Counted from the first letter of the stretch, positions 10,301 through 18,332 are shown. The stretch is 64,000 bases of DNA from Patescibacteria group bacterium (GCA_026415775.1 JAOAGL010000001.1:270233-334232), one strand, 5' to 3'. The notes: generated by a model from the sequence alone, not told the origin. Program-made: numbers and translations.

Positions 10301-13300
10301 CAATTATTTACTTGGGATTTTGATAAAAATGTTACATTTGATAATGGATTAAGAATGCCTGGTAGTATTGGTATTGGGACAACAAATCCTATTCAAAAAT
10401 TACACGTCGAAGGAAATGCTTATATTTCAGGAAGTGTCGGCATTGGCACGACAAATCCAAATACTTTACTCGATGTAAGGGGAAGAATTAACACGCCAGA
10501 AATAGCTTTTCGTAATAGTGACGGAGGTGATGATAGTGACCCTTATCGTTTAAGAAAATATCAATTTGGTTCAAGCTCTAATGAACTTCAGCTTCAGTTA
10601 AATGATGATAGTGATGAAAGATTTGCTATTTATGGTAATTCTTGTAGTGGTTATAGTTGTGGTGAATATAGTGGTAATCTTTATCATTTCTTTAAAGCAG
10701 ATGGAACGGCTTATCATGCTGGCAACGTCGGTATCGGCACAACAAGTCCCTCATATAAATTAGACGTCTCAGGAGATATTCGTGCTACAGGAACTATTTA
10801 TGGAACATTCTCTGGTACAATCAATGCTGCTAATGTTTCAGCCGGTTCATTTGGTGCTAACACTGGTGGTGGCAATTATTCCTTCCCAGCGAATCTGACT
10901 GTTAGTGGAGCTGTTGGTATTGGGACGACGAATCCGGGGGTGAAATTAGATGTAGTAGGGGGATATATTAGAACTTGGGGTGGAGAGTTTATATCATATA
11001 AAGAGAATCCTGGAGGAATTTTGGGGGCTTTAGCTTTGGAAGGAAAAAATGCTTCCTCAACCAATCCTTATATGAAAAGATGGACTTTGTTTAATATGCA
11101 AGATTATTCTGGTGTGAATGGTTTTGTCATCTATGAATATTATGATGCAAATAATGATGGTAGTTATTGTAATGATGGCGGAGCATGTAATATGAGATTT
11201 ATTATTGCAAGTGGGGGTAATGTTGGTATCGGAACTGCCACTCCTGCTTATCCATTAGATGTAGTAGGTGATGTTAGATTCTCAGGCACTCTTCAAGGTG
11301 GTTCAGTGCCATGGGCTCGTTTAACTTCTTTCCCATCAGCTTGTTCTGCTGGCAATGCAGTAACTGGATTAGGCTCAACTCTTACTTGTTCGCCATTTAT
11401 GACTAATCCAATGACTACATTGGGTGATATCATCTACGGCGGTTCCAGTGGCACACCAACCCGTTTAGCTGGCTCAGCTGGTTTTCTTAAATCAACTGGC
11501 GCTGCTGCGCCTTCTTGGAGCGCTGTTAATCTTGCTTCCTCTGATGTAACAGGCACTTTAGCAGTAACTAGTGGCGGTACAGGTTTATCTTCTATTGCGG
11601 CTGGCTCTATTCTTTATGCTACTTCTTCTAATACTTTAATTGCCATTGCTCCAACTGCCGCTAATCAGGTTTTAAGGTCAACCGCTGCTAATGCCTTGCA
11701 ATTTGGCGCATTAGTTGCTGCTGATATTCCTAATTTAGACGCTAGTAAAATTACTTCAGGAACTTTTGGTATTGCTCGTGGCGGTACTAACTCAACTGCT
11801 ACTCCCACTGCTGGCGCTGTAGCTTATGGTACTGGTTCAGCTTATGCTTTTACTGCTGCTGGTACAGCTAACCAAGTTTTAATTTCAGGCGGCACCAGCA
11901 CTCCCACCTGGTCTAACATCGCTTCATTACTCACTCAAGGCACTAACATCACTATTTCTGGCACCACCAATGCCACTATTGCCACGGTTAACAACCCAAC
12001 TTTCTCTACTTCTGTTTCAACACCATTATTAACCAGCTCAGGCGCTATTGCTATTAAACCCGGTTCTAATTCAACCACCGCTATTCAATTACAAAATACC
12101 GGTGGTACAGCCATTGTTAATGTTGATACAACGAATAGTAGAGTAGGTATTAATAATGCAAGTCCCAGCTATGCTTTAGATATTACAGGCGATATCCGCG
12201 TTACTGGTGCCATCATTGGTACAGTTTCAACAACAATTTCGGCAACCAATGTTTCAGCCGGCGCTTTTGGTTCTAACACTGGTGGCGGCAATTATTCTTT
12301 CCCAGCCAGAGTAGGAATAGGCACAACGTCACCAAGTACAGATTTGCATATAAAAGTTTCAAGCGGTGATGTGAAAATACAACTGGGTACTCAAGCAAGT
12401 GTTGTGCCAACTACTGGAGGACCAAATAATCCTTCGGCAGCGGTCGATGATTCAAGCAATGGAGGTTCGGCTGTTTGGAGTAATCCAACCAATGTTTATA
12501 CCTCTAATGACGTTTATGCGTCAGTTACAATACCAGCAGGTGTGGATCCAGATTATTATTGGAGCGATTATTTGAAAGCGACGGGTTTTGGATTTTCTCT
12601 TCCTAGCACCGCTAATATTCTTGGGATTAAGGTAGAAATAGAGGCAAAGGCGAGCGTTGCTTCGACATTAACAATAAATGAAGTATTATTAGTTAAATCA
12701 GGTTCAATTGTTGGTAGCAGCAAAAGCGGAGGACTTCTAACTGCATCAGATGCGTACTACTCATTTGGTGATACAACTGATTTGTGGGGAACAACTTGGT
12801 CTTACTCAGATATTAACAATTCCAATTTTGGCGTGGTTGTGAGTGTATTTAATCCTACAACATCAGCAAGAACGGCTTATATAGACCACATTAGAATAAC
12901 CGTTTATTATACCAGCAGTGGAGATGCAGATTGGCAGATGGCAGTATCTTCAACAAGCGGCGCTTTCATTATAAATCCTTTATTTAGTGGTGGAAGAGTG
13001 GGCATTGGAACTACAACGCCATCGGCAACTTTAGATATAAATGGGACTCTTAATGTAAATGGAATTATTCAAGGAAAGTTTTATGATAAATATACTGGCA
13101 GCATTTCCCGCACTTATTCTAGTGGAAATGGAACTTCAAGCTTGAGCACGGGCAAATATTATCCTGATTGGTTCTGTGCCCTATCTAAAGTTGATGCTAC
13201 AGAGTTAGATACTGCTACCGAACATGCTTATTGCACGGTTACTCTCGACGGTAATAATCAGTGGCTTTTAAATGCTGTAATTAGCGGCGTCTCGGATCAA

Positions 13301-13336
13301 ACGGTTTCTTGTAGTATTTATTGCATACGATTATAA
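7325..13336 (+). CDS. giant (~2000 aa) prepilin-leader surface protein with tail-fibre-like 'GNVGIGTTSPxxKLDVxG' repeats
   Basis: Best start is the ATG at 7325 (MSFFDKKISSKA|FTLIEILIYTAIFGVVAAG), a class III/prepilin-type leader. The ORF track's 7277 start is a TTG. The remainder is G/S/T/N-rich with at least 11 repeat copies, two ~50-aa paralogous segments and a Cys-containing C-terminal domain. Confidence 0.6.
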   Translation: MSFFDKKISSKAFTLIEILIYTAIFGVVAAGIIGVAWNITRLHTTQIASNEIDENLRYVMNLVNSKVREASLIVQASGTTLILRMPDSLKSPTTFSLNNGTLYIQEGSADPVAITSNRVEVTSLNFEYISVAGSKGGVRVNIAMAYKEQPGIASREYITTVTKVNAIVFDSDIIPDVTNSRSVGINTAQWKDGYFSRNVIVGGDVSSTGFIIGGAGLCMGTDCRTSWGQVTGVTGSGTQNYIAKWTSSGSIGNSQIFDNGTNVGIGTTSPNVKLHISNTTAGINELLRLAYNNSVGSGARLSWWAGDTVSETGRIENFVDAGNQVSLRFYTYNSGLGERMRITAAGNVGIGTASPPSLLSVGASSQFQVNSSGDIVKIKNLTYSWPSSHAVGFLKNDGSGNLTWDTSGAVGGTGSAGQVAFWSSTTTITGDSGFYWDNTNKRLGLGTTAPGQRLSVVGDIGLSGGDRFIGTTDAYGLSIRTNNTNRIFISADGNVGIGTTSPSRTLDVHGIAQLRGAAGGTGLFVDSGGNVGIGTTSPAFKLDVSGSARVTNVFKEGNWRHVLSSYVTATPTNGVLLTTAIPYDGVTNRGMHGIRVMGYAFGESRPIDFEVVFYLYTSGFNSYGWTNYGAHDPGTIKLSYEGNVVKLWWSSKVYYASYEIFTKSHGALGQNDSWFEGWTITDAVAPTSNVVDVPYRNAMPYGLAMRGNINLNGNWLSGDGDNEGVYINASGNVGIGATSPSYRLDVAGDINTSGYFRGNGSQITNLNASNLTSGIVPAARLSSTQAYYTLDPIFPKTNQQHTTLGGATIGEIALSSAYVQNKLQFVLPYSIEYTTNGTTWNTYPDPVDSDTVKKMFLGYNAGGKIYLRGPNNGNWLGLRITWQAPSYYFLNYFYTYMSTSGHQCAITIEKTYGDDLNTWITVATTTNFSSWPGHTLVPHSNIAWNPTPTPGTHSKYVRVTFTPTWNGSYPNNNIDIYAIDWFGEYPANIKPMQLFTWDFDKNVTFDNGLRMPGSIGIGTTNPIQKLHVEGNAYISGSVGIGTTNPNTLLDVRGRINTPEIAFRNSDGGDDSDPYRLRKYQFGSSSNELQLQLNDDSDERFAIYGNSCSGYSCGEYSGNLYHFFKADGTAYHAGNVGIGTTSPSYKLDVSGDIRATGTIYGTFSGTINAANVSAGSFGANTGGGNYSFPANLTVSGAVGIGTTNPGVKLDVVGGYIRTWGGEFISYKENPGGILGALALEGKNASSTNPYMKRWTLFNMQDYSGVNGFVIYEYYDANNDGSYCNDGGACNMRFIIASGGNVGIGTATPAYPLDVVGDVRFSGTLQGGSVPWARLTSFPSACSAGNAVTGLGSTLTCSPFMTNPMTTLGDIIYGGSSGTPTRLAGSAGFLKSTGAAAPSWSAVNLASSDVTGTLAVTSGGTGLSSIAAGSILYATSSNTLIAIAPTAANQVLRSTAANALQFGALVAADIPNLDASKITSGTFGIARGGTNSTATPTAGAVAYGTGSAYAFTAAGTANQVLISGGTSTPTWSNIASLLTQGTNITISGTTNATIATVNNPTFSTSVSTPLLTSSGAIAIKPGSNSTTAIQLQNTGGTAIVNVDTTNSRVGINNASPSYALDITGDIRVTGAIIGTVSTTISATNVSAGAFGSNTGGGNYSFPARVGIGTTSPSTDLHIKVSSGDVKIQLGTQASVVPTTGGPNNPSAAVDDSSNGGSAVWSNPTNVYTSNDVYASVTIPAGVDPDYYWSDYLKATGFGFSLPSTANILGIKVEIEAKASVASTLTINEVLLVKSGSIVGSSKSGGLLTASDAYYSFGDTTDLWGTTWSYSDINNSNFGVVVSVFNPTTSARTAYIDHIRITVYYTSSGDADWQMAVSSTSGAFIINPLFSGGRVGIGTTTPSATLDINGTLNVNGIIQGKFYDKYTGSISRTYSSGNGTSSLSTGKYYPDWFCALSKVDATELDTATEHAYCTVTLDGNNQWLLNAVISGVSDQTVSCSIYCIRL

Positions 13337-13390
13337 AATAAATAAAAAATAATCAATAAATAAAAAATAATCAATAAATAAAAAATAACA
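13337..13390. repeat. 3 tandem copies of the 18-bp AT-rich unit AATAAATAAAAAATAATC (third copy degenerate)
   Basis: Read directly from the sequence, immediately after the stop of the giant ORF. Confidence 0.5.
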
Positions 13391-13425
13391 AAGGTCTAAT
13401 TTAATAAAATCGGAACATTTCAAAT

Positions 13426-13953
13426 ATGAAAAAAAATACTTTAATAATTATTACAGGACTCATCCTAATAGTAATTATTGGTCTTATCATACTTATTAAG
13501 CCCGCAAGTAAAAATCCGAATCCCACTCCTACATTAAGCGGAGAAAATACTCCGACTAAAGGGGAAATACCCAAAGATGTTAAAGTTTATAATGCTGGTG
13601 AGTCGGCGCCAGAAGGAACAGCCGTGCCAGACAGCGTTTCCGATTATGGGTTGACAAAACTCCGCTCTTTTACGATGAAAATCGAAGATGGCGTTTTTAC
13701 CCCGCAAACCTTTATCTGTTATGAAGGCGAGATGATGAAAATTTGGATTACAGCAATTGATAAAGATTATGATGTTGTTCAGCCAGATAATGGTTTAAAG
13801 TTGATAATTAAAAAAGGCGAAACGAAATTTATTGAATCGCAAATGAATGATATCGGAAAATTTACTTTTTATTGTGAATCTTGCGGGGGGTTAAATTCAA
13901 AAGCAGTGGGTTATATGATAGTTGTTCCTAAGCCAGTCAAAAAATCACAATAA
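13426..13953 (+). CDS. membrane-anchored protein with a C-terminal cupredoxin-like domain (inferred)
   Basis: N-terminal TM helix (LIIITGLILIVIIGLIILI). The C-terminal ~100 aa follows a plastocyanin-like pattern (..VFTPQTF.C.EGE...W.....D..V.....G...I.KGET..F.....G.FTFYCESCGG....GYMIVV). Canonical His ligand positions are not conserved. Confidence 0.3.
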   Translation: MKKNTLIIITGLILIVIIGLIILIKPASKNPNPTPTLSGENTPTKGEIPKDVKVYNAGESAPEGTAVPDSVSDYGLTKLRSFTMKIEDGVFTPQTFICYEGEMMKIWITAIDKDYDVVQPDNGLKLIIKKGETKFIESQMNDIGKFTFYCESCGGLNSKAVGYMIVVPKPVKKSQ

Positions 13954-14036
13954 ACCTCTTTCCTTTTTTAAATCCAGGCGTTATAATTAAAATAATTTAA
14001 GGTCGATTTATATAGGTCGTTTTTAATTAAAAAATT

Positions 14037-14456
14037 ATGGAAAAAGTCAAAAAAACAATTCTCATTCTTATTTTAGTAATTATTTTAATTATTATTATTG
14101 TGGGAATTGCAGCTTTGATTATTAAAGGAGGCAGCGTAAAAAATCTTTTTAGTAATCAAGCGAGTGGAAAATATCATTTAGTATATGTTCAGACAGGAAA
14201 TGGAAGCGCTAGTTATTATGGGCAGATTATTAAAGAGGGAGAAAATTATGTTTTATTGAAGGACCCCGGATACATCAATATTCAAGCCGCTCAGAAAGAA
14301 GGAGAGCAGCCGCAAGTAAGTTTTGCTTTAATGAAAGACGAATTTTTCAAGCCAATTTCAGAGATGAAAATTTATAAGAGCAATATTGTTTTTATTCAGC
14401 AGTTGGCTGATGATTCTCCAATAGTAAACTTTTACAAAAATCAGTTAAGTAAATAG
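14037..14456 (+). CDS. hypothetical N-terminally membrane-anchored protein
   Basis: Single N-terminal TM (ILILILVIILIIIIVGIAALII) followed by a ~110-aa soluble domain. No recognisable motif. Confidence 0.4.
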   Translation: MEKVKKTILILILVIILIIIIVGIAALIIKGGSVKNLFSNQASGKYHLVYVQTGNGSASYYGQIIKEGENYVLLKDPGYINIQAAQKEGEQPQVSFALMKDEFFKPISEMKIYKSNIVFIQQLADDSPIVNFYKNQLSK

Positions 14457-14468
14457 GGCAAATTGAAA

Positions 14469-14519
14469 AATCCCCCAAATGCAGACTTAAACTAATTGTT
14501 AGTTTGTATTTGGGGGATT
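14469..14519 (+). promoter_or_regulatory. two-level hairpin (12-bp outer stem AATCCCCCAAAT/ATTTGGGGGATT, inner stem AAACTAA/TTAGTTT) ending 11 nt before the GGDEF gene start
   Basis: Perfect complementarity read from the sequence. No clear U-tract follows, so it is either a weak terminator for the upstream gene or an element governing GGDEF translation. Confidence 0.4.
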
Positions 14520-14530
14520 GTTTATAAATT

Positions 14531-15115
14531 ATGTCACCATCAACAAAATCAGAAATTGAAAAATTGAGAAAAGAAATTATAGCCTTGAAAAGAATAGCCA
14601 TTAAAGATCCTTTAACAGGGTTATATAATAGACGGGGATTATTGGAGCAGGGAGAGAAATTTTTGAAAATGATGGAGCGTTTAAGAGAAAATAAATTTCC
14701 AGAAAGTGGCAATTCTTTTAATTTAGGTGTTATTTTAATTGATTTAGATGATTTTAAGAAAATCAATGATGTTTATGGACATAAAACTGGTGATGAAGTG
14801 CTAAAAAAAATTGCGGAATTGCTGGAAGAATCTTTGCGTAAATCAGATATTATTAGTCGGTGGGGAGGCGATGAATTTGCAATATTAATTTTTGATATAA
14901 ACAAACCTATTTTAACAAAAATTGCCGGACGAATTCAGGAGAAAATTTGCAACCACACTTTTTTGGTTAAAAAGCGAAAAATCAATCTCACTATTAGCTT
15001 GGGCGCAACTCTTTTTTCCAATGTTAATCTGGATTTAGAGAAAGAAATAGAAAAAGCCGATAAAGCGATGTATCGCGCTAAAAAGCGAGGGAAAAATAAT
15101 TTTGTTATTATATAG
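14531..15115 (+). CDS. stand-alone GGDEF-domain diguanylate cyclase
   Basis: 'DPLTGLYNRRGL', 'ILIDLDDFKKINDVYGHKTGDEVL', an intact active site 'RWGGDEFAIL' and an I-site RxxD at the canonical spacing (RKSD-IISRW-GGDEF). Only a ~25-aa coiled-coil N-terminus, with no sensor domain. Confidence 0.8.
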   Translation: MSPSTKSEIEKLRKEIIALKRIAIKDPLTGLYNRRGLLEQGEKFLKMMERLRENKFPESGNSFNLGVILIDLDDFKKINDVYGHKTGDEVLKKIAELLEESLRKSDIISRWGGDEFAILIFDINKPILTKIAGRIQEKICNHTFLVKKRKINLTISLGATLFSNVNLDLEKEIEKADKAMYRAKKRGKNNFVII

Positions 15116-15142
15116 TAAAGGGGGTCTTAATGAAGTTAATTT

Positions 15143-16594
15143 ATGCAAAAGAAAATTAAGCGTTTAATGTTTGTTATCGCGATTCTGCTTTTTTTGTTTA
15201 TGGCGGTAATGTTTATTGTTTATTCTTGGGGATATCGCTGGAATCAAAAAGAGTGGAAATTTGTTAAAACAGGAGGACTATACTTGCGAGTTTATAATAG
15301 CAAACCAGAAATTTATTTGAATAATCAATATCTTAAAAAAGCTACGCCGGGACTTTTAAGCAACGGCATTTTTTTATCTAATTTAATTCCTGATAATTAC
15401 TTATTAAAAATTAGCAAACCAAATTATTTTTCTTGGGAGAAAGAAGTTGTAATTGAACCACAAATGGTGACGACCTTTTCTTCTATTGTTTTATTACCAA
15501 AAAATCCTTTATCAAAAAGTATCTATTCTTCTAATGAAACATCTTCTGTTGAAATTTTAGATATTTTACCCTTGAAAAATGGTAAAGAACTAATTATTCA
15601 AGCGATTGAAGAAGGAACTTCAACTAGCGCCGTGCTTTTTATTTATAATTTTAATAATCAAAACCAATTGGAAATTTATAGAAAGAAAATTAATAAAGGA
15701 GAAAATTTCAATTTAATTTCTAATTTAATAATAGCTGATAATGACGCTAATCAAATTATTTTTCCGGTTGTTGTTAACAAAACAACTAATTTTTATTTGT
15801 GGGAGAGAATAAATCCGGAAAATATAAAGAATATCTCGCAAACAATTATTTCACAATTCAAATTTAAAAACCCTATTAAAAAAATTGATTTTTATCCCAA
15901 TACCGAAAATAAATATATTATTTTAACCGGCACGGATTTAATGCTTGTTGATTTGAACAAAAACGAAATGAAAAAAATATTTTTAGACGTAAAAGATTTT
16001 GCGAGAAAGGATTACAATATGTTGGTTATAAATAATCAAGGCGCGGCATTTAGTTATAATTTGATTTTAGATACTAGCTCGCCATTGGGGATTTTAGAAC
16101 TAGAAAAAGAAAATAGCATCAAGAAAATTCAAATATCGCCAAAGAATAATTATTATAGCGTACAATTAAATAACGGAGATTTATATCTTTTAAAAAGCGG
16201 CGAAGAAATAACGCTTCTTAAATCAATATCTTTATTTGCTTTTTCAAATGATGACAAAAAATTGGCTTATATAAATAAAGATAACGAATTACATGTCAAA
16301 TATTTAACGGATTTCACTGGTGATTTTTTACAAAAAAAGGGAGAAGATGTTTTAATAAAAAAATTAACTGAGCCCATAAATAATTTAATCTGTCATTCTG
16401 ATTTAAATCATTTAATTTATCAAAGCGAGAATAAAATTTATTTTGCGGAAATTGATGTGCGCGATGCGGTGAATATTTTTGAATTAAATTTTAACGGAAA
16501 TAATTTTTATTTAGAAGGAGGGAAAAATGGAACTATTTTTACTTGGAATGAAAAGACAATCAAAAGAATAGATTTGCTTTATGAACAGCTATAA
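15143..16594 (+). CDS. membrane-anchored PEGA-domain protein with a large beta-rich C-terminal region
   Basis: N-terminal TM (LMFVIAILLFLFMAVMFIVY). 'GGLYLRVYNSKPEIYLNNQYLKKATPGLLSNGIFLSNLIPDNYLLKISKPNYFSWEKEVVIEP' fits the PEGA pattern (L.V.S.P..A.IYL.G...G.TP..L..L..G.Y.L.ISK.GY). Confidence 0.45.
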   Translation: MQKKIKRLMFVIAILLFLFMAVMFIVYSWGYRWNQKEWKFVKTGGLYLRVYNSKPEIYLNNQYLKKATPGLLSNGIFLSNLIPDNYLLKISKPNYFSWEKEVVIEPQMVTTFSSIVLLPKNPLSKSIYSSNETSSVEILDILPLKNGKELIIQAIEEGTSTSAVLFIYNFNNQNQLEIYRKKINKGENFNLISNLIIADNDANQIIFPVVVNKTTNFYLWERINPENIKNISQTIISQFKFKNPIKKIDFYPNTENKYIILTGTDLMLVDLNKNEMKKIFLDVKDFARKDYNMLVINNQGAAFSYNLILDTSSPLGILELEKENSIKKIQISPKNNYYSVQLNNGDLYLLKSGEEITLLKSISLFAFSNDDKKLAYINKDNELHVKYLTDFTGDFLQKKGEDVLIKKLTEPINNLICHSDLNHLIYQSENKIYFAEIDVRDAVNIFELNFNGNNFYLEGGKNGTIFTWNEKTIKRIDLLYEQL

Positions 16595-16640
16595 TCCAAA
16601 TTGATTTTTGGAAATAAATCTGCTACATTAAAGAGAGATT

Positions 16641-18320
16641 ATGCAACAAAATGATAAAAATGCACAATTAGCTGAGATGATTAAAAAGGCGCAACTGGCT
16701 GCTGAAGAAAGAGAGGCAGAGCGATTAGCTAATTCTTTGGGTTTGAAATATGGAGATTTAACAAAAATATCTGCTCAAACAGACGCGCTGGAATTGATTA
16801 ATGAAGAAGAAGCCAAGGTCGCTCTTTGCGCTCCTTTTTTGCTGAAACAAAAAACTATTTTATTAGCTTGTAAAAACCCTGCTTTGGAGGCAACTAAAAA
16901 TGTAATAGAAGGTTTGAGAAGTAAAGGTTATGATTTGGATATTTATGTTGTTTCTTTAAGGTCGTTAGAGAATCTTTGGCAAGGTTATCGCTTTATTGTG
17001 GGTAGAAAAAAAGAAATTACTGGCGGTATAGAAGTAGACAAAGACCATTTGGCAAGCATAATGAATGAAGTTAAAACGACCTCATCTTTAAAAGAAAAAA
17101 TACAAAATTTTGATAGTCCTTATATTTCTCAAATTTTTGAAATTATTATTGCTGGAGCAATAGCGATGGATGCTTCGGATATTCATATTGAACCAGAAGA
17201 AAGCGGCATTCGTTTGAGATATCGTTTGGATGGCGTTTTGCAAGATATTTCAGCATTAAATCAGCATCATTATCGCTCGATTATTTCAAGAATTAAATTA
17301 TTGGGCGGTATGAAAATCAATGTTCATACAGCGCCGCAAGATGGAAGGTTCACAATTAAAACTTATGATGTTGATATCGAGGTGCGTGTTTCTATTATTC
17401 CGAGCGCTTATGGTGAAACGGTTGTAATGCGTTTGCTTAATCCCAAAAACATTCAATTGGATTTAAAAAATTTAGGTTTTCGTGAAGATGATTTGGCCAT
17501 TATGGAGGAGCAAATTGGGCGCCCCAATGGTATTATTTTGAATACTGGTCCAACAGGGTCAGGTAAAACAACGACCTTATACGCTTTTTTAAGACGTATT
17601 TATAATCCAGAAATTAAGATTATTACTGTTGAAGACCCCATTGAATACCACTTGGAAGGAATAACCCAGACGCAAGTAAATCCAACGCGTAACTATACCT
17701 TTGCTTCTGGTTTGCGGTCAATTTTGCGTCAAGACCCCGATGTAATTTTAGTGGGTGAGATTCGCGATAATGAAACAGCAGAGATTGCTATGCATGCTGC
17801 TTTAACGGGCCATCTCGTTTTTTCTACTTTGCATACTAATGATGCTTGTGGTACAATTCCTCGGTTATTGGATATGAATATCCAGCCAGCAATTCTGGCG
17901 CCAGCATTAAATCTGGCTATTGCTCAGCGTTTGGTTAGAAAATTATGCCAACACTGTAAAGAAGCTGTGGAATTAACGCCAGAACAAGCTGACAAAATTA
18001 GAAAGATGGTTGAAAAAATGCCCGAAAGAGTTAAGAAGCCACAATTGGGGGATAAGATTGTTATTTATAAATCTAAAGGTTGCGAGCATTGCAATGGAAC
18101 AGGTTATAAAGGAAGAGTGGCGGTAGCAGAATTGCTGGTGGTTGATAGAGATATTCAAAATTTAATTACGCGCTCAGAGAAAATGCCGACGGCGGCGGAA
18201 ATTAAAGATATGGCTATTCAAAAAGGAATGACAACAATGGAGGATGATGCGATTTTAAAAATTTTGGATGGTATTACAAGTTTATCTGAGGCGGAAAATG
18301 TTTTGGGTAAACTTCTATAG
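16641..18320 (+). CDS. PilB/GspE-family type IV filament assembly ATPase (paralog 1)
   Basis: Walker A 'GPTGSGKTTT', Asp/His boxes, and a tetracysteine motif CQHCKE...CEHCNGTGYKGR. 559 aa. Confidence 0.85.
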   Translation: MQQNDKNAQLAEMIKKAQLAAEEREAERLANSLGLKYGDLTKISAQTDALELINEEEAKVALCAPFLLKQKTILLACKNPALEATKNVIEGLRSKGYDLDIYVVSLRSLENLWQGYRFIVGRKKEITGGIEVDKDHLASIMNEVKTTSSLKEKIQNFDSPYISQIFEIIIAGAIAMDASDIHIEPEESGIRLRYRLDGVLQDISALNQHHYRSIISRIKLLGGMKINVHTAPQDGRFTIKTYDVDIEVRVSIIPSAYGETVVMRLLNPKNIQLDLKNLGFREDDLAIMEEQIGRPNGIILNTGPTGSGKTTTLYAFLRRIYNPEIKIITVEDPIEYHLEGITQTQVNPTRNYTFASGLRSILRQDPDVILVGEIRDNETAEIAMHAALTGHLVFSTLHTNDACGTIPRLLDMNIQPAILAPALNLAIAQRLVRKLCQHCKEAVELTPEQADKIRKMVEKMPERVKKPQLGDKIVIYKSKGCEHCNGTGYKGRVAVAELLVVDRDIQNLITRSEKMPTAAEIKDMAIQKGMTTMEDDAILKILDGITSLSEAENVLGKLL

Positions 18321-18332
18321 TTTTTGAAAATT

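Noticed and set aside
7325-13336. Diversity-generating retroelement (template/variable repeat) explanation for the internal repeats of the giant gene.
   Set aside because: No reverse transcriptase or accessory variability gene is present in the window. The repeats differ at all nucleotide types rather than showing adenine-specific differences.
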